A stretch of 64,000 bases of DNA from Escherichia coli (GCF_044324875.1 NZ_CP172185.1), one strand, 5' to 3'; shown: positions 47,181 to 60,322, counted from the stretch's first letter. The notes: generated by a model from the letters alone, not told the origin. Numbers and translations: made by a program.

Positions 47181-48202
47181 AATTTATTCAGAACAACCGT
47201 GAAATCACGGCACTGCTGGCGGTGGTGCTGCTGTTTGTATTACCCGGTTTTCTCGACCGCCAGTATTTAAGTGTGCAAACGCTGACCATGGTTTATAGCA
47301 GCGCGCAAATCCTGATCCTGCTGGCAATGGGCGCGACGCTGGTAATGCTTACGCGCAATATTGATGTATCAGTGGGTTCGATTACCGGAATGTGCGCGGT
47401 GCTGTTGGGGATGTTACTGAACGCAGGATATTCACTACCTGTTGCCTGTGTCGCGACTTTACTGCTTGGTTTGCTCGCGGGATTTTTCAACGGTGTCCTG
47501 GTCGCGTGGCTAAAGATCCCTGCCATTGTTGCCACCCTTGGCACGTTAGGGTTGTACAGAGGCATCATGTTGCTGTGGACTGGCGGCAAATGGATTGAAG
47601 GGTTACCCGCCGAACTGAAACAGCTCTCCGCACCGCTGCTGTTTGGCGTTTCCGCGATTGGTTGGTTGACGATAATTCTGGTGGCATTTATGGCCTGGCT
47701 GCTGGCAAAGACGGCGTTTGGACGCAGTTTTTATGTCACGGGCGATAATTTACAGGGCGCTCGTCAACTGGGCGTTCGTACGGAAGCCATTCGCATTGTG
47801 GCATTTTCGTTGAACGGCTGCATGGCGGCACTGGCGGGAATTGTGTTTGCTTCGCAGATTGGTTTTATCCCCAACCAGACCGGTACCGGGCTGGAGATGA
47901 AAGCAATTGCAGCCTGCGTGCTGGGCGGCATTAGTTTGCTCGGCGGTTCCGGCGCGATCATCGGTGCGGTATTAGGCGCATGGTTCCTGACGCAGATCGA
48001 TAGCGTACTGGTGCTGTTGCGCATTCCGGCATGGTGGAACGATTTTATCGCGGGCCTCGTGCTGCTGGCGGTGCTGGTGTTTGATGGACGCCTGCGTTGT
48101 GCGCTGGAACGTAATCTGCGGCGGCAAAAATATGCCCGCTTTATGATGCCACCGCCATCCGTTAAACCCGCTTCGTTAGGTAAAAAACGGGAGGCCGCAT
48201 AA
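47174..48202 (+). CDS. lsrC: AI-2 ABC transporter permease LsrC
   Basis: 342-aa polytopic membrane ORF; overlaps the lsrA stop. Confidence 0.92.
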   Translation: MLKFIQNNREITALLAVVLLFVLPGFLDRQYLSVQTLTMVYSSAQILILLAMGATLVMLTRNIDVSVGSITGMCAVLLGMLLNAGYSLPVACVATLLLGLLAGFFNGVLVAWLKIPAIVATLGTLGLYRGIMLLWTGGKWIEGLPAELKQLSAPLLFGVSAIGWLTIILVAFMAWLLAKTAFGRSFYVTGDNLQGARQLGVRTEAIRIVAFSLNGCMAALAGIVFASQIGFIPNQTGTGLEMKAIAACVLGGISLLGGSGAIIGAVLGAWFLTQIDSVLVLLRIPAWWNDFIAGLVLLAVLVFDGRLRCALERNLRRQKYARFMMPPPSVKPASLGKKREAA

Positions 48203-49194
48203 TGCGTATTCGCTACGGTTGGGAACTGGCTCTTGCCGCACTGCTCGTTATTGAGATTGTCGCATTTGGTGCAATTAACCCGCGGATGTTAGATCTCAAT
48301 ATGTTGCTGTTCAGCACCAGTGACTTTATCTGCATTGGCATTGTCGCCCTACCGCTGACGATGGTGATTGTCAGTGGCGGGATCGATATTTCGTTTGGTT
48401 CGACCATCGGCCTCTGCGCCATTGCATTGGGCGTACTGTTTCAAAGTGGTGTGCCGATGCCGCTGGCGATTCTCCTGACCTTACTGCTCGGCGCATTGTG
48501 CGGGCTGATCAACGCCGGATTAATTATCTATACCAAAGTTAACCCGCTGGTGATTACGCTTGGCACGCTGTATCTGTTTGCCGGAAGCGCCCTGCTGCTT
48601 TCCGGGATGGCCGGAGCGACGGGGTACGAAGGTATTGGTGGATTCCCGATGGCGTTTACAGATTTCGCTAACCTGGATGTGCTGGGACTCCCTGTTCCGC
48701 TGATTATCTTCCTGATATGTCTCCTCGTTTTCTGGCTCTGGCTGCATAAAACCCATGCCGGACGTAACGTGTTTTTAATTGGGCAAAGCCCGCGTGTGGC
48801 GGTTTATAGCGCGATTCCAGTTAACCGCACCTTGTGTGCGCTCTATGCCATGACGGGGCTGGCGTCTGCGGTCGCCGCTGTGCTGCTGGTATCGTATTTT
48901 GGTTCAGCACGTTCCGATCTCGGTGCGTCGTTTCTGATGCCCGCCATCACCGCCGTAGTGCTCGGCGGTGCCAATATTTATGGTGGTTCTGGTTCCATTA
49001 TCGGCACCGCCATTGCGGTTTTATTAGTGGGATATTTGCAACAAGGTTTGCAAATGGCAGGAGTGCCAAATCAGGTGTCCAGCGCCCTTTCCGGTGCGCT
49101 ACTTATCGTCGTTGTCGTAGGTCGTTCCGTTAGCCTGCATCGCCAGCAAATTAAAGAGTGGCTGGCGCGTCGGGCCAATAACCCATTGCCATAA
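48202..49194 (+). CDS. lsrD: AI-2 ABC transporter permease LsrD
   Basis: 330-aa polytopic membrane ORF; start overlaps the lsrC stop. Confidence 0.92.
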   Translation: MRIRYGWELALAALLVIEIVAFGAINPRMLDLNMLLFSTSDFICIGIVALPLTMVIVSGGIDISFGSTIGLCAIALGVLFQSGVPMPLAILLTLLLGALCGLINAGLIIYTKVNPLVITLGTLYLFAGSALLLSGMAGATGYEGIGGFPMAFTDFANLDVLGLPVPLIIFLICLLVFWLWLHKTHAGRNVFLIGQSPRVAVYSAIPVNRTLCALYAMTGLASAVAAVLLVSYFGSARSDLGASFLMPAITAVVLGGANIYGGSGSIIGTAIAVLLVGYLQQGLQMAGVPNQVSSALSGALLIVVVVGRSVSLHRQQIKEWLARRANNPLP

Positions 49195-49205
49195 AGGATA
49201 TCTTC

Positions 49206-50228
49206 ATGACACTTCATCGCTTTAAGAAAATCGCCTTACTTAGCGCGCTTGGCATTGCCGTAATCTCTATGAATGTGCAGGCGGCAGAGCGTATTGCATT
49301 TATTCCCAAACTGGTTGGCGTAGGATTTTTTACCAGCGGTGGCAACGGCGCACAACAAGCGGGTAAAGAGCTGGGCGTTGATGTGACCTACGACGGGCCG
49401 ACAGAACCCAGTGTTTCTGGTCAGGTACAGTTGATTAATAACTTCGTCAATCAGGGGTATAACGCCATTATCGTTTCTGCGGTTTCGCCTGATGGCTTGT
49501 GTCCGGCACTGAAACGCGCCATGCAACGTGGTGTGAGAGTGCTGACCTGGGACTCTGATACCAAACCGGAGTGCCGCTCTTACTACATTAATCAGGGAAC
49601 GCCCGCCCAGTTGGGAGGTATGTTGGTGGATATGGCGGCGCGTCAGGTGAATAAAGACAAAGCCAAAGTCGCGTTTTTCTACTCAAGCCCCACCGTTACG
49701 GACCAAAACCAGTGGGTGAAAGAAGCGAAAGCGAAAATCGCCAAAGAGCATCCTGGCTGGGAAATTGTCACTACGCAGTTTGGCTATAACGATGCCACTA
49801 AATCGTTACAAACCGCAGAAGGAATATTAAAAGCGTATAGCGATCTCGACGCCATTATCGCCCCCGATGCCAACGCCCTGCCCGCTGCCGCACAAGCCGC
49901 AGAAAACCTGAAAAATGACAAAGTTGCGATTGTCGGATTCAGTACGCCAAATGTGATGCGCCCGTATGTAGAGCGCGGCACGGTGAAAGAATTTGGCCTG
50001 TGGGATGTGGTTCAGCAAGGCAAAATTTCAGTTTATGTCGCGGATGCATTATTGAAAAAAGGATCAATGAAAACGGGCGACAAGCTGGATATTCAGGGCG
50101 TAGGTCAGGTGGAAGTCTCGCCAAACAGCGTTCAGGGCTATGACTACGAAGCGGATGGTAATGGCATCGTACTGTTACCGGAGCGCGTGATATTCAACAA
50201 AGAGAATATCGGCAAATACGATTTCTGA
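49206..50228 (+). CDS. lsrB: periplasmic AI-2-binding protein LsrB
   Basis: 340-aa ORF with signal peptide and periplasmic sugar-binding fold. Confidence 0.92.
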   Translation: MTLHRFKKIALLSALGIAVISMNVQAAERIAFIPKLVGVGFFTSGGNGAQQAGKELGVDVTYDGPTEPSVSGQVQLINNFVNQGYNAIIVSAVSPDGLCPALKRAMQRGVRVLTWDSDTKPECRSYYINQGTPAQLGGMLVDMAARQVNKDKAKVAFFYSSPTVTDQNQWVKEAKAKIAKEHPGWEIVTTQFGYNDATKSLQTAEGILKAYSDLDAIIAPDANALPAAAQAAENLKNDKVAIVGFSTPNVMRPYVERGTVKEFGLWDVVQQGKISVYVADALLKKGSMKTGDKLDIQGVGQVEVSPNSVQGYDYEADGNGIVLLPERVIFNKENIGKYDF

Positions 50229-50254
50229 TGTGCATTACTTAACCGGAGTACGTT

Positions 50255-51130
50255 ATGGCAGATTTAGACGATATTAAAGATGGTAAAGATTTTCGTACCG
50301 ATCAACCGCAACAAAATATCCCTTTTACCCTGAAAGGTTGCGGTGCACTGGATTGGGGAATGCAGTCACGCTTATCGCGGATATTTAATCCGAAAACGGG
50401 TAAAACCGTGATGCTGGCCTTTGATCATGGTTATTTTCAGGGGCCGACTACCGGACTTGAACGCATTGATATAAATATCGCCCCGCTGTTTGAACATGCC
50501 GATGTATTAATGTGTACGCGCGGCATTTTGCGCAGCGTAGTCCCCCCGGCGACCAATAAGCCGGTGGTACTACGGGCGTCAGGTGCAAACTCTATTCTGG
50601 CGGAATTAAGTAATGAAGCCGTGGCGTTATCGATGGATGATGCCGTGCGCCTGAACAGTTGCGCGGTGGCGGCGCAGGTTTATATCGGCAGCGAATATGA
50701 ACATCAGTCGATCAAAAATATTATTCAGCTGGTCGATGCCGGAATGAAAGTGGGAATGCCGACCATGGCCGTGACAGGCGTGGGCAAAGATATGGTGCGC
50801 GATCAGCGCTATTTCTCGCTCGCGACTCGAATCGCCGCTGAAATGGGGGCGCAAATTATCAAAACCTATTATGTCGATAAAGGTTTTGAACGGATTGTTG
50901 CCGGATGTCCGGTACCCATTGTTATTGCTGGCGGTAAAAAGTTACCGGAGCGCGAAGCGCTGGAAATGTGCTGGCAGGCTATCGATCAGGGCGCTTCTGG
51001 TGTGGATATGGGGCGTAATATTTTCCAGTCTGAACATCCGGTGGCGATGATGAAAGCCGTACAGGCGGTGGTACACCATAACGAAACGGCTGATCGGGCA
51101 TATGAACTCTATCTGAGTGAAAAACAGTAA
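50255..51130 (+). CDS. lsrF: LsrF (class I aldolase-like thiolase acting on phospho-AI-2 products)
   Basis: 291-aa ORF of DeoC/FbaB-like aldolase family, in lsr operon position. Confidence 0.9.
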   Translation: MADLDDIKDGKDFRTDQPQQNIPFTLKGCGALDWGMQSRLSRIFNPKTGKTVMLAFDHGYFQGPTTGLERIDINIAPLFEHADVLMCTRGILRSVVPPATNKPVVLRASGANSILAELSNEAVALSMDDAVRLNSCAVAAQVYIGSEYEHQSIKNIIQLVDAGMKVGMPTMAVTGVGKDMVRDQRYFSLATRIAAEMGAQIIKTYYVDKGFERIVAGCPVPIVIAGGKKLPEREALEMCWQAIDQGASGVDMGRNIFQSEHPVAMMKAVQAVVHHNETADRAYELYLSEKQ

Positions 51131-51153
51131 CTGCGGATTTAAGGAGAAGAATT

Positions 51154-51444
51154 ATGCACGTCACACTGGTTGAAATTAACGTTCATGAAGACAAAGTTGA
51201 CGAGTTTATCGAGGTCTTTCGCCAGAACCACCTGGGCTCGGTACAGGAAGAAGGCAATTTGCGCTTCGATGTCTTACAGGACCCTGAAGTGAATTCGCGC
51301 TTTTATATCTACGAAGCCTATAAAGATGAAGACGCAGTGGCATTCCATAAAACCACGCCCCATTACAAAACCTGTGTCGCGAAACTGGAATCTTTAATGA
51401 CCGGGCCGCGTAAAAAACGTCTGTTCAATGGGTTGATGCCGTGA
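51154..51444 (+). CDS. lsrG: LsrG (phospho-AI-2 isomerase, ABM-fold)
   Basis: 96-aa [29 protein letters not shown]…, last gene of the lsr operon. Confidence 0.9.
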   Translation: MHVTLVEINVHEDKVDEFIEVFRQNHLGSVQEEGNLRFDVLQDPEVNSRFYIYEAYKDEDAVAFHKTTPHYKTCVAKLESLMTGPRKKRLFNGLMP

Positions 51445-51500
51445 GGCGAATTTATCAGTTTTATCTACACTAGGGGTAACGCGCTGACGGGAGTAAATAA

Positions 51501-52259
51501 ATGTCTGACTGGAACCCCTCTTTATATCTGCACTTTGCCGCTGAACGATCGCGTCCGGCGGTGGAGCTGCTTGCCAGAGTGCCGCTGGAGAATATCAAAT
51601 ACGTTGCCGATCTTGGCTGTGGCCCAGGTATCAGCACCGCCCTGCTGCATCAACGTTGGCCTGCGGCCAGGATAACAGGCATCGACTCGTCTCCGGCGAT
51701 GATTGCCGAAGCGCGCAGTGCTTTGCCAGACTGCCAGTTTGTGGAAGCAGATATCCGCAACTGGCAACCGGAACAGACACTGGATCTGATTTTCGCTAAT
51801 GCCTCACTGCAATGGCTGCCCGACCACTACGAATTGTTCCCTCATCTGGTTTCTTTACTTAATTCGCATGGTGTGTTGGCAGTACAGATGCCAGATAACT
51901 GGCTAGAGCCAACCCATGTGCTCATGCGCGAAGTCGCCTGGGAACAAAATTATCCGGATCGCGGGCGTGAGCCGCTGGCTGGCGTTCATGCTTACTACGA
52001 TATTTTGAGCGAAGCCGGATGTGAGGTCGATATCTGGCGAACCACCTACTATCACCAGATGCCGTCGCACCAGGCGATTATCGATTGGGTGACCGCCACT
52101 GGATTACGTCCGTGGTTACAGGATCTGACCGAGAGCGAACAGCAGCATTTTCTTACGCGCTACCATCAGATGCTGGAAGAGCAGTATCCACTGCAAGAGA
52201 ACGGACAGATACTGCTGGCATTTCCGCGTCTGTTTATTGTTGCCCGGCGTACGGAGTAA
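51501..52259 (+). CDS. tam: trans-aconitate 2-methyltransferase
   Basis: 252-aa ORF with SAM-binding motif VADLGCGPG. Confidence 0.9.
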   Translation: MSDWNPSLYLHFAAERSRPAVELLARVPLENIKYVADLGCGPGISTALLHQRWPAARITGIDSSPAMIAEARSALPDCQFVEADIRNWQPEQTLDLIFANASLQWLPDHYELFPHLVSLLNSHGVLAVQMPDNWLEPTHVLMREVAWEQNYPDRGREPLAGVHAYYDILSEAGCEVDIWRTTYYHQMPSHQAIIDWVTATGLRPWLQDLTESEQQHFLTRYHQMLEEQYPLQENGQILLAFPRLFIVARRTE

Positions 52260-52262
52260 ATA

Positions 52263-53177
52263 TTACCTCAGCTGGTAATGACGATCGGGAAGAATTTTTG
52301 CCGGAATTTCTGCTTCATCGTTCATCTGTAACAGGTCAATTTCAATAGCGTTGCAGATAGCATCCAGCGGTAAATCATTGTTTTCAGTACCGAAGGGATC
52401 TTCCAGTTCTTCCGCCAGACAATCCAGCGAAATAAAAGTGTAGGAAATCAGCACAGAGATAAAAGGCGTCATGTAATGCAGATCCACGACCAGCGCGAAC
52501 GGCAGCATGATACAAAACAGATAAACGGTACGATGCAAAATCAGGGTGTAGGCAAAGGGAATTGGCGTATAGGCAATGCGCTCGCAGCCTGCCAGAACCG
52601 CTGAAATATCATTAAGCCGATCGTTGAGGCTAATAAACAGGATATCTGAAAGCTGTCCATTGCGTCGCTGAACCGCCAACCACTCCCCCATTATCAACAA
52701 AATACGGTTAGCTGGAGTGTTTGAAGCCAGTACACGCTGAAGATCTTCAGTCTTGAGATAATGTGCCAGCACTTCCGCCTGTGGTTGTTTGCGTAATGTC
52801 ATGCGTAAACAGTGGGCGAAGGCGATTTGCAGCCGGGCAAACTCCCTTACACTTGCCGAATCCGGCAATGTCGTTTTTACCTCGCGCAGTAACGACCGTG
52901 AGGCAATCATCAACTGCCCCCAAAGTTTTCGCGCTTCAACGTAACGGGCGTACCCGGCATTATTACGAAAACCAAGAAAAATGGCGATGGCGACACCGAG
53001 AATGCTGAAAGGTGCGAGGGTGAATTTAATGCCCAAATGCGTGTACCAGGGCAGCATGAAAATAACAGCGATAGAAAAGAGAAAATTGAGTAGTAAGCGC
53101 GAGGATATCTTGGATAATACTGAACCGTGCCAGACAAAAATACGGCGCAGCCAGTGTTGTTGTGGACGAACAATCAT
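52263..53177 (-). CDS. yneE: bestrophin-family membrane protein YneE
   Basis: ORF track start 53228; start MIVRPQQHWLRR at 53177 preferred (304 aa, from memory of K-12); convergent with tam with a 3-bp gap. Confidence 0.85.
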   Translation of the reverse strand: MIVRPQQHWLRRIFVWHGSVLSKISSRLLLNFLFSIAVIFMLPWYTHLGIKFTLAPFSILGVAIAIFLGFRNNAGYARYVEARKLWGQLMIASRSLLREVKTTLPDSASVREFARLQIAFAHCLRMTLRKQPQAEVLAHYLKTEDLQRVLASNTPANRILLIMGEWLAVQRRNGQLSDILFISLNDRLNDISAVLAGCERIAYTPIPFAYTLILHRTVYLFCIMLPFALVVDLHYMTPFISVLISYTFISLDCLAEELEDPFGTENNDLPLDAICNAIEIDLLQMNDEAEIPAKILPDRHYQLR

Positions 53178-53330
53178 GGTTATCTTCAGGCGTGGAAAAG
53201 TCGCCCTATTAAACGTGATTACGATCACATTCTCAAGACGCTACGTACAAATTATCTACAAGCTTACAACATTTACAGGTGTGGCATATGGCACCCGTTA
53301 ATGATAAAGGCACATAGGATGTTGTAACTA

Positions 53331-53366
53331 ATATAGTGAAATAAGAAACCCGGTCGAAACCGGGTT
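53331..53366 (-). terminator. intrinsic terminator downstream of uxaB
   Basis: Stem aacccgg / ccgggtt (53347-53353, 53360-53366) with 6-nt loop, followed on the minus-strand transcript by ucuuauuuc. Confidence 0.6.
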
Positions 53367-53373
53367 CAGAGTA

Positions 53374-54825
53374 TTAGCACAACGGACGTACAGCTTCGCG
53401 CATTCCTTTTTCGAGAATCACATCCAGGTCATTAGCCACCTGCTCGACCAGACCAGGCACTTGCGTCAGGTCCTGCTCCCAGTGGTCTTTTTCTGCCAAC
53501 ACAATCGCTACCAGTTCCTGGGTACCGATAACACGGTCACGATGCTGGCTCCAGAGTTGCTGATAACGTTCCAGCCAGTGTGCATCGTCCTGTACCGGAT
53601 ATGTTTCTCCATTACGCTCACCGCGATAAAACGCAATCAATGCCGCTAATGCGAAAGTCAGGCGCGCCGGAAGTGTGCCGTTTGCCTTCTGCCCTGCCAG
53701 CAGCTGCGGCAGGATACGGGTGCGGAACTTGGTCATACCGTTAAGCGCGATAGACAGCAGCTGATGCTTGATGTACGGATTACGGAAACGTCCGGTGACT
53801 GCACTGGCGAAAGATTCCAGTTCATCACGAGGCAAATCCAGTACCGGAATAATCTCTTCGTAGATGGCTTTTTCAACGAATGCACAAATTTCAGCATCGT
53901 TCATCGCTTCACCTACAGTATCCAGCCCTGCCTGGAACGCCACCGGCACCAGCGCCGTGTGTGCACCGTTGAGGATTGCCACTTTGCGCTCTTTATACGG
54001 TTTAATATCGTCAACAATCAGCACGTTGAGCGGATATTTGTCCAGACGCAGCTCAGTCGCTAAGGATTTCGGCCCCTGAATCACAAACAGGTAAAAGTGT
54101 TCAGCGGTGTCGAGGAAACCATCGTGATAACCCAGTTCTTCTTCCAGTTTAGCCACTTCATCACGCGGATAGCCGGTAACGATACGGTCCACCAGCGTAG
54201 AACAGAAGCTGTTAGCCTGATCCAGCCATTGAATAAATGCTTCTGGTAGTGCCCACTCTTGCGCGTAGCGCAGCACCAGTTCACGCAGTGCATCGCCGTT
54301 ATAGTCGATCAGTTCACATGGGATGATGATCCAACCTTTATCCTGCGCTCCGTTGAAATGGCTAAAACGTTCGAACAGCAGACGGGTCAGTTTTGCCGGA
54401 TAACTTACCGCTGGCGCGTCATCGAATTTATCGCCCGCATGGTAGCTGATACCCGCTTCGGTGGTGTTAGAGAAAACAAAGCGCATTTCCGGGTTGTGCG
54501 CCAGTTTCAGGAATTCATCGTATTCACTGTAGACGCTGATTTCACGATTAACAGAGCGAATCAGACGCGCGTCGCTGACCGCTTCCCCCTTCTCGTTCAG
54601 ACCACGGATAATGGTGGTGTACAGACCATCCTGCGTGCTCAGTGACGGCGGGAATGAAGTTTCAATCGGACGAACAACGACCACGCCAGAATTCAGATCG
54701 GTGTGCTCATTCAGGAGATCGATTTGCCAGTCAACAAAGGCGCGCAGGAAGTTACCTTCACCAAACTGAATGATACGTTCTGGATACTTTGCACCGGGAA
54801 AATCGCGACGATTTAGTGTTTTCAC
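53374..54825 (-). CDS. uxaB: altronate oxidoreductase (tagaturonate reductase)
   Basis: 483-aa ORF with N-terminal NAD-binding Rossmann region, mannitol-dehydrogenase family. Confidence 0.93.
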   Translation of the reverse strand: MKTLNRRDFPGAKYPERIIQFGEGNFLRAFVDWQIDLLNEHTDLNSGVVVVRPIETSFPPSLSTQDGLYTTIIRGLNEKGEAVSDARLIRSVNREISVYSEYDEFLKLAHNPEMRFVFSNTTEAGISYHAGDKFDDAPAVSYPAKLTRLLFERFSHFNGAQDKGWIIIPCELIDYNGDALRELVLRYAQEWALPEAFIQWLDQANSFCSTLVDRIVTGYPRDEVAKLEEELGYHDGFLDTAEHFYLFVIQGPKSLATELRLDKYPLNVLIVDDIKPYKERKVAILNGAHTALVPVAFQAGLDTVGEAMNDAEICAFVEKAIYEEIIPVLDLPRDELESFASAVTGRFRNPYIKHQLLSIALNGMTKFRTRILPQLLAGQKANGTLPARLTFALAALIAFYRGERNGETYPVQDDAHWLERYQQLWSQHRDRVIGTQELVAIVLAEKDHWEQDLTQVPGLVEQVANDLDVILEKGMREAVRPLC

Positions 54826-55051
54826 AATGGGTTCCCTTCTGATTAGTCATACAACCTGTTTGAATTGGTACGACAGGTTAGCAAACTTTAATACGCCGAA
54901 CCCCTGTTTTGATCAACTCCTGATGATTAATGAGCAGTTTTATGAGAAAAGTGTGGCGCGGATCATGGTTTAATCGAGGAAACAGGCCTTTTCTTGGATC
55001 ATAAAGTGGTAGAACACATTGCATTTAAATCGCTCTGAGTAAATAAAGATG

Positions 55052-56470
55052 TCAGACAACTTCCTCACCGTAACGCATAGTGCTGGTACGGTTGCGCCCA
55101 TCTTTCTTCGAGCGATACAGACACGTATCGGCTTCGACCATCAATTTATTAAAGTCATCGGTCAGCGTTCGGTACGATGCGCATCCACTACCGACGCCAA
55201 TACTTACCGTGAGATAAAGCGTTTTTTGTTGCCAGGTGAACGGTTGCAATTCAACGCCTTTACGGATTTTTTCCGCCATTAGCAAACCATCGACAGGATT
55301 CACCGACGGCACTGCAACAGCAAATTCTTCGCCGCCCATTCGCGCCACCAGCCCCTTATCACCGACAATCTTCTGAATATGCTGGGCAAACACGCTTAAC
55401 ACTTTATCGCCACATTCATGTCCATAGTTATCGTTAATGCTTTTGAAATAGTCGATATCAAGCAGCATGACAGTCAGATGTTGTGTCTGTTTCAGCGATG
55501 GACTTTTCAGCGCCTCATAAAGACCGGACCGTGAGTAAACCTGAGTCAGAAAATCAAAGTCGGCTCGCAGCGCAACTTGCTTCATTAGCGAATTGATCGC
55601 TGCCACGCTAAAAGAAACCATAATTGGGCATATCGCCATCGTGGCAATACCGAGACGTGCGGAGAACATTTGCGGAATGGAGAACGGCGAACCGACCGAG
55701 ATATCAATCACTGAATTTGCCACCAGTACGATTTCCACCGCACCGGTGACAAAGGTCAACAGACATGTTACCTGCGGCGTATAGCGCACTGCACACCAGA
55801 TTAATGCAGGCAGCGGGAACGCCAGACTCCCCGCTCCGCCAATGACTACCGAGGCAATAACCGACACAATAAGCGCGATAGCGGGCATCATCTGTTCTGC
55901 TTTAAAGCGCGGCAGCACTCCAGGAATTGCCAACGTCAGCATACAAGGCACGATCAACACGCCCGTTGAGAATTGCTCACTGAACCAGTCGGCAAGCAAA
56001 GGCCAGAAATCCAGACTATCAATACTGACCGAACCAATCGCCCCGACAATAGCGCATAATAATGCGGCAATCAGACAGTAATTAAATAGCCGTAAGGCAC
56101 TTACTGGCTCATACTTATTTTTCCCCAGACGCTTATCCCGCGCGACCAGTAAGGCGACGGTAACAATAAACATCATATTGGAGAAATTGATAGCCAGTGA
56201 AACCAGCCCCCATTCGGTGGTTATGGCATCATAAACCAGCATTGCCACATAACTGATCGCATAGTAATGCAGTCGATTAAGCCAGACATAGCGGGCAAAC
56301 ACCCCCGCCATTACGCCATTCAGCGGCCAGAAAAGAGAAAGTTCGTGAACCAGCCGTAACTCTGCACCAATAAAATAGAACAGCGTGGTTAGCGCAAAAA
56401 TAGCGATGCTATTACGTAGCAGATGACCTTCCTGGAACAAACGGAAAGTTGAAATGGGCTGTACATGCAT
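55052..56470 (-). CDS. dgcF: membrane-anchored diguanylate cyclase (GGDEF) DgcF/YneF
   Basis: 472-aa ORF: multi-helix membrane N-domain followed by a GGDEF domain with RMGGEEF active-site motif; start codon uncertain. Confidence 0.85.
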   Translation of the reverse strand: MHVQPISTFRLFQEGHLLRNSIAIFALTTLFYFIGAELRLVHELSLFWPLNGVMAGVFARYVWLNRLHYYAISYVAMLVYDAITTEWGLVSLAINFSNMMFIVTVALLVARDKRLGKNKYEPVSALRLFNYCLIAALLCAIVGAIGSVSIDSLDFWPLLADWFSEQFSTGVLIVPCMLTLAIPGVLPRFKAEQMMPAIALIVSVIASVVIGGAGSLAFPLPALIWCAVRYTPQVTCLLTFVTGAVEIVLVANSVIDISVGSPFSIPQMFSARLGIATMAICPIMVSFSVAAINSLMKQVALRADFDFLTQVYSRSGLYEALKSPSLKQTQHLTVMLLDIDYFKSINDNYGHECGDKVLSVFAQHIQKIVGDKGLVARMGGEEFAVAVPSVNPVDGLLMAEKIRKGVELQPFTWQQKTLYLTVSIGVGSGCASYRTLTDDFNKLMVEADTCLYRSKKDGRNRTSTMRYGEEVV

Positions 56471-56608
56471 TAATTATCTGTCCATACAATTGCGGGTGGC
56501 AATTATCTCAACGTAATAAGTAAATTCTTATAAAGGATAGCATGTTCGCTGACAGCGGCGGCAAATAAAGATATCCTGGGAATGCTATTTTATCGTTTTC
56601 CGCGATTA

Positions 56609-56968
56609 TCATGGCTGATTCATCTGTATAACCAACCAGTGATAGATTACCGCCACGATATAACGTTGTTGTTCCTCGCTTAACGAAACACCCTGCGGAA
56701 TGTTATGCCACTTAGCCAGACAACCGCGACAACAGGTTGCAGTGGCGTGCTGAGCGATAAACACCGGATGCCCGCGCATGGGGGTTTGCTTACCGTCGTT
56801 AGCCGGTAATGCCGGAGCAAGACGTTTAGCGACAAAATCCGCCGCATGTTGTTCGATGACTGGCGCGCCTTTCTCCAGACAATACTGACGCTCTTTCACA
56901 CCCAAACGAAAGCGAGAGCGAAATTTTGAACGGGATAAACGCGCGAAGAGTGGATCGAGAGACTGCAT
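56609..56968 (-). CDS. yneG: DUF4186-like conserved protein YneG
   Basis: 119-aa ORF immediately downstream of glsB, position conserved with K-12. Confidence 0.8.
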   Translation of the reverse strand: MQSLDPLFARLSRSKFRSRFRLGVKERQYCLEKGAPVIEQHAADFVAKRLAPALPANDGKQTPMRGHPVFIAQHATATCCRGCLAKWHNIPQGVSLSEEQQRYIVAVIYHWLVIQMNQP

Positions 56969-57894
56969 TAATAAACCGAACGCCCTAATTGTTTCGTCAA
57001 TTGTTCAAGGACAGCAATGCCCGCAAGCGAGTTACCGGCATCATCCAGTTCCGGGCTCCAGACTGCGATGGCCATTTCATGCGGAACAATCGCCACAATA
57101 CCGCCACCAACGCCAGATTTTGCCGGTAGTCCCACCCGCCAGGCAAACTCCCCCGCGTTCTGGTACATACCACTGGTCGCCATCAGCGCATTAATTTGCC
57201 GCGCCTGCATCGGCGTCACCACGGGTTCATCAATATGAATAGCTTTCCCCTGATTAGCCAGAAAGACAAACGTCCGGGCCAGCTCTACACAGCTCATTTT
57301 CAGAGCGCAGTAATGAAAGTAGTTTTGCAGAACGGTTGTCACATCATGATGGAAATTGCCAAACGACTTCATCAGCCAGGCGATAGCCGCATTTCGCGCG
57401 GAATGTTCAAATTCGGAACGCGCTACCACCGTATCGTATGAAATATCAGACACACCGCTTAAGCCGCGCACGACTTCCAGCATACGTTGCCGAGGAGCGC
57501 TTAATCGCCCTTGCAACATATCGCAGACCACCAGCGCACCGGCATTAATAAACGGATTACGCGGAATACCCTGCTCCATTTCCAGTTGCACTAAAGAATT
57601 GAACGGTGATCCAGACGGATCTTTGCCGACGCGTTGCCAGATTTCCTCTTCGGAGTAATGACGCATGGCGACAACGAGACTCAGCACTTTGGAAATAGAC
57701 TGAATGGAAAAACGTTCTTGTGCATCTCCGGCCTGAAAAAGCTGTCCGTCAACTGTACAGATAGCAATGCCCAGCCGGGAACCGTCTACCGTAGCCAGCG
57801 CCGGAATATAATCCGCGACTTTACCCTGACCAATGAGCGGCCGCACTTGCCGCAAGATGTTTTCTAAAATTGCATTATCCATGGCGACTGCCAC
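56968..57894 (-). CDS. glsB: glutaminase 2
   Basis: 308-aa ORF of the serine-dependent glutaminase (beta-lactamase-like) family (…SISKVLSLV…). Confidence 0.92.
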   Translation of the reverse strand: MAVAMDNAILENILRQVRPLIGQGKVADYIPALATVDGSRLGIAICTVDGQLFQAGDAQERFSIQSISKVLSLVVAMRHYSEEEIWQRVGKDPSGSPFNSLVQLEMEQGIPRNPFINAGALVVCDMLQGRLSAPRQRMLEVVRGLSGVSDISYDTVVARSEFEHSARNAAIAWLMKSFGNFHHDVTTVLQNYFHYCALKMSCVELARTFVFLANQGKAIHIDEPVVTPMQARQINALMATSGMYQNAGEFAWRVGLPAKSGVGGGIVAIVPHEMAIAVWSPELDDAGNSLAGIAVLEQLTKQLGRSVY

Positions 57895-57957
57895 TTTCTA
57901 CTCCTGGACCGCAGGTCTGAAAAGACCTGCGAGTATATCAGAGCTGAATATGTAGCG

Positions 57958-59346
57958 TCAGATCCGGTCTTTCCACACCGTCTGGATATTACAGAATTCG
58001 TGTAAGCCGAAATGGGAAAGCTCACGACCAAAGCCACTCTTCTTCACGCCACCAAAGGCCACTCGCGCGTCGCTGGCACAATAACCATTGATAAACACCC
58101 CACCGCATTCCAGACGTGCCGCCATCTGTCTGGCCTGTGTTTCGTCGGTGGTGAAAATGGTCGCTGAAAGGCCGAACTCACTATCATTAGCCAGTTCCAG
58201 CGCATGTTCTGCATCTTTCGCAATGGTGATTGCCGCAACGGGGCCAAACATTTCTTCCCGAAACGCGGTCATTTCTGGGGTAACATTCGCCAGAACCGTT
58301 GGCGGATAGTAGTTACCTGCCCCAGCCATCTTTTCCCCGCCCAGTAACAAACGCGCACCCTGCGCCAGGGTTTTCTCCACCTGATGATGCAGCTCATCAC
58401 GTAAATCAAAACGAGCCATTGGTCCGAGAGTGTTCTCTTCGTCACGGGGATCGCCCATTTTCAAGGCTGCCGCAGCTGCCACAAAACGTTCGGTAAATGC
58501 CGAAGCAATTCCCTCTTCGATAATAAAGCGTTTTGCAGCTGCACAAACCTGTCCGGTATTCTGATAACGTCCGGCTACCGCCGCTTTAACCGCCAGTTCC
58601 AGATCGGCATCGTTAAGCACAATAAATGGATCCGAACCGCCCAGTTCCAGTACGCATTTTTTCAGTGCCGCTCCAGCCTGTGCGCCAATAGCCGCTCCCG
58701 CACGAACACTTCCGGTCACCGTGACAGCAGCAATGCGCGAGTCTTTAATCATCTGACTGACGCCGTCGTTGTCGGCATTCAGCCAGCCATATACGCCTTG
58801 TGGGATACCCGCATCTTTAAACACCTGGGCAATGAGCTGTGCACAGCCCATCACATTCGGCGCATGTTTAAGTAAGTAGCCGTTACCTGCAAGAATGATG
58901 GGAACCGCGCCACGCATCACCTGCCATAACGGAAAATTCCACGGCATAATCGCCAGAATTGTCCCCAACGGTCGATACTCAATAACTGCCTGCTGATTTT
59001 CCACCAGCGTAGGTTCCGCCTTCAGCATTGCCGGACCATGTTCTGCATACCAGTCACACAAATTCGCCGATTTCGCCACTTCAGCGCGCGCTTGGTTGAT
59101 TGGTTTGCCCATTTCACGGGTGATCATTTGCGCCATTTCTTCGCTACGGACACGCAGAGCCTTACCGATATCACGCAGTTTTTCAGCACGATAATCTATA
59201 TTTGTCTCGCGCCAGTCGCGAAAGCCTGCTGCCGCCAGCTGAAGTGCGTTTTCGATATCATCAGCGCCAGCCCACGGCAGCACAGAAAGTTGTTCACCGG
59301 TGGCAGGATTTATCGAAATTGCATGAGTTTCCGGAGTAATGGTCAT
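57958..59346 (-). CDS. sad: NAD+-dependent succinate-semialdehyde dehydrogenase Sad (YneI)
   Basis: Aldehyde dehydrogenase family ORF; ORF track start 59370, start [19 protein letters not shown] at 59346 preferred (462 aa). Confidence 0.9.
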   Translation of the reverse strand: MTITPETHAISINPATGEQLSVLPWAGADDIENALQLAAAGFRDWRETNIDYRAEKLRDIGKALRVRSEEMAQMITREMGKPINQARAEVAKSANLCDWYAEHGPAMLKAEPTLVENQQAVIEYRPLGTILAIMPWNFPLWQVMRGAVPIILAGNGYLLKHAPNVMGCAQLIAQVFKDAGIPQGVYGWLNADNDGVSQMIKDSRIAAVTVTGSVRAGAAIGAQAGAALKKCVLELGGSDPFIVLNDADLELAVKAAVAGRYQNTGQVCAAAKRFIIEEGIASAFTERFVAAAAALKMGDPRDEENTLGPMARFDLRDELHHQVEKTLAQGARLLLGGEKMAGAGNYYPPTVLANVTPEMTAFREEMFGPVAAITIAKDAEHALELANDSEFGLSATIFTTDETQARQMAARLECGGVFINGYCASDARVAFGGVKKSGFGRELSHFGLHEFCNIQTVWKDRI

Positions 59347-59446
59347 CGGGGTATCTCCTTTATGAGTCATTGTATGAAGATACGCAGATTTACTCTTGCT
59401 TTAAAATGAATAATATTAAGCCACTTATTCACGAATCGAGAATATT

Positions 59447-60322
59447 ATGGATCTGACCCAACTGGAGATGTTCAACGCGGTTGCCGAAGCTGGCAGCATA
59501 ACCCAGGCTGCAGCAAAAGTGCATCGCGTGCCGTCGAATCTCACTACCCGTCTACGCCAGCTGGAAACAGAACTGGGGGTTGATCTGTTTATTCGCGAGA
59601 ATCAGCGTTTACGTCTCTCTCCTGCCGGGCATAACTTTTTACGCTATAGCCAACAAATTCTCGCGTTAGTGGATGAAGCGCGGAGCGTTGTCGCTGGCGA
59701 TGAGCCGCAAGGTTTATTTTCTCTTGGTTCGCTGGAAAGCACCGCTGCAGTGCGCATTCCGGCCACGCTGGCGGAATTTAACCGTCGTTATCCCAAAATT
59801 CAGTTTTCACTTTCCACCGGCCCTTCCGGCACTATGCTGGAAGGTGTGCTGGAGGGAAAACTGAATGCAGCGTTTATTGATGGGCCCATTAACCATACTG
59901 CCATTGACGGGATACCGGTGTACCGCGAGGAGCTGATGATCGTCACGCCACAAGGACATGCGCCAGTAACCCGCGCCAGTCAGGTTAATGGCAGTAACAT
60001 TTATGCCTTCCGCGCCAATTGTTCGTATCGTCGCCACTTCGAGAGCTGGTTTCATGCTGACGGTGCCGCTCCGGGAACTATCCATGAGATGGAGTCTTAT
60101 CACGGAATGTTGGCCTGTGTGGTCGCAGGAGCAGGTATTGCGCTTATTCCGCGCTCTATGCTGGAAAGTATGCCGGGGCATCACCAGGTTGAAGCGTGGC
60201 CGTTAGCTGAGCAATGGCGTTGGTTAACAACCTGGCTGGTCTGGCGTCGCGGTGCGAAAACGCGTCCGCTTGAGGCATTTATTCAACTACTGGATGTGTC
60301 TGACTCGGCAAAACAGAGTTAG
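59447..60322 (+). CDS. yneJ: LysR-family transcriptional regulator YneJ
   Basis: 291-aa ORF with N-terminal LysR HTH; divergent from sad; the true start may be a few codons upstream. Confidence 0.88.
   Translation: MDLTQLEMFNAVAEAGSITQAAAKVHRVPSNLTTRLRQLETELGVDLFIRENQRLRLSPAGHNFLRYSQQILALVDEARSVVAGDEPQGLFSLGSLESTAAVRIPATLAEFNRRYPKIQFSLSTGPSGTMLEGVLEGKLNAAFIDGPINHTAIDGIPVYREELMIVTPQGHAPVTRASQVNGSNIYAFRANCSYRRHFESWFHADGAAPGTIHEMESYHGMLACVVAGAGIALIPRSMLESMPGHHQVEAWPLAEQWRWLTTWLVWRRGAKTRPLEAFIQLLDVSDSAKQS

Noticed and set aside
54856-54882. AACCTGT…ACAGGTT inverted repeat upstream of uxaB as an ExuR operator
   Set aside because: Plausible, but I cannot match it confidently to the ExuR/UxuR consensus from memory; left uncalled.
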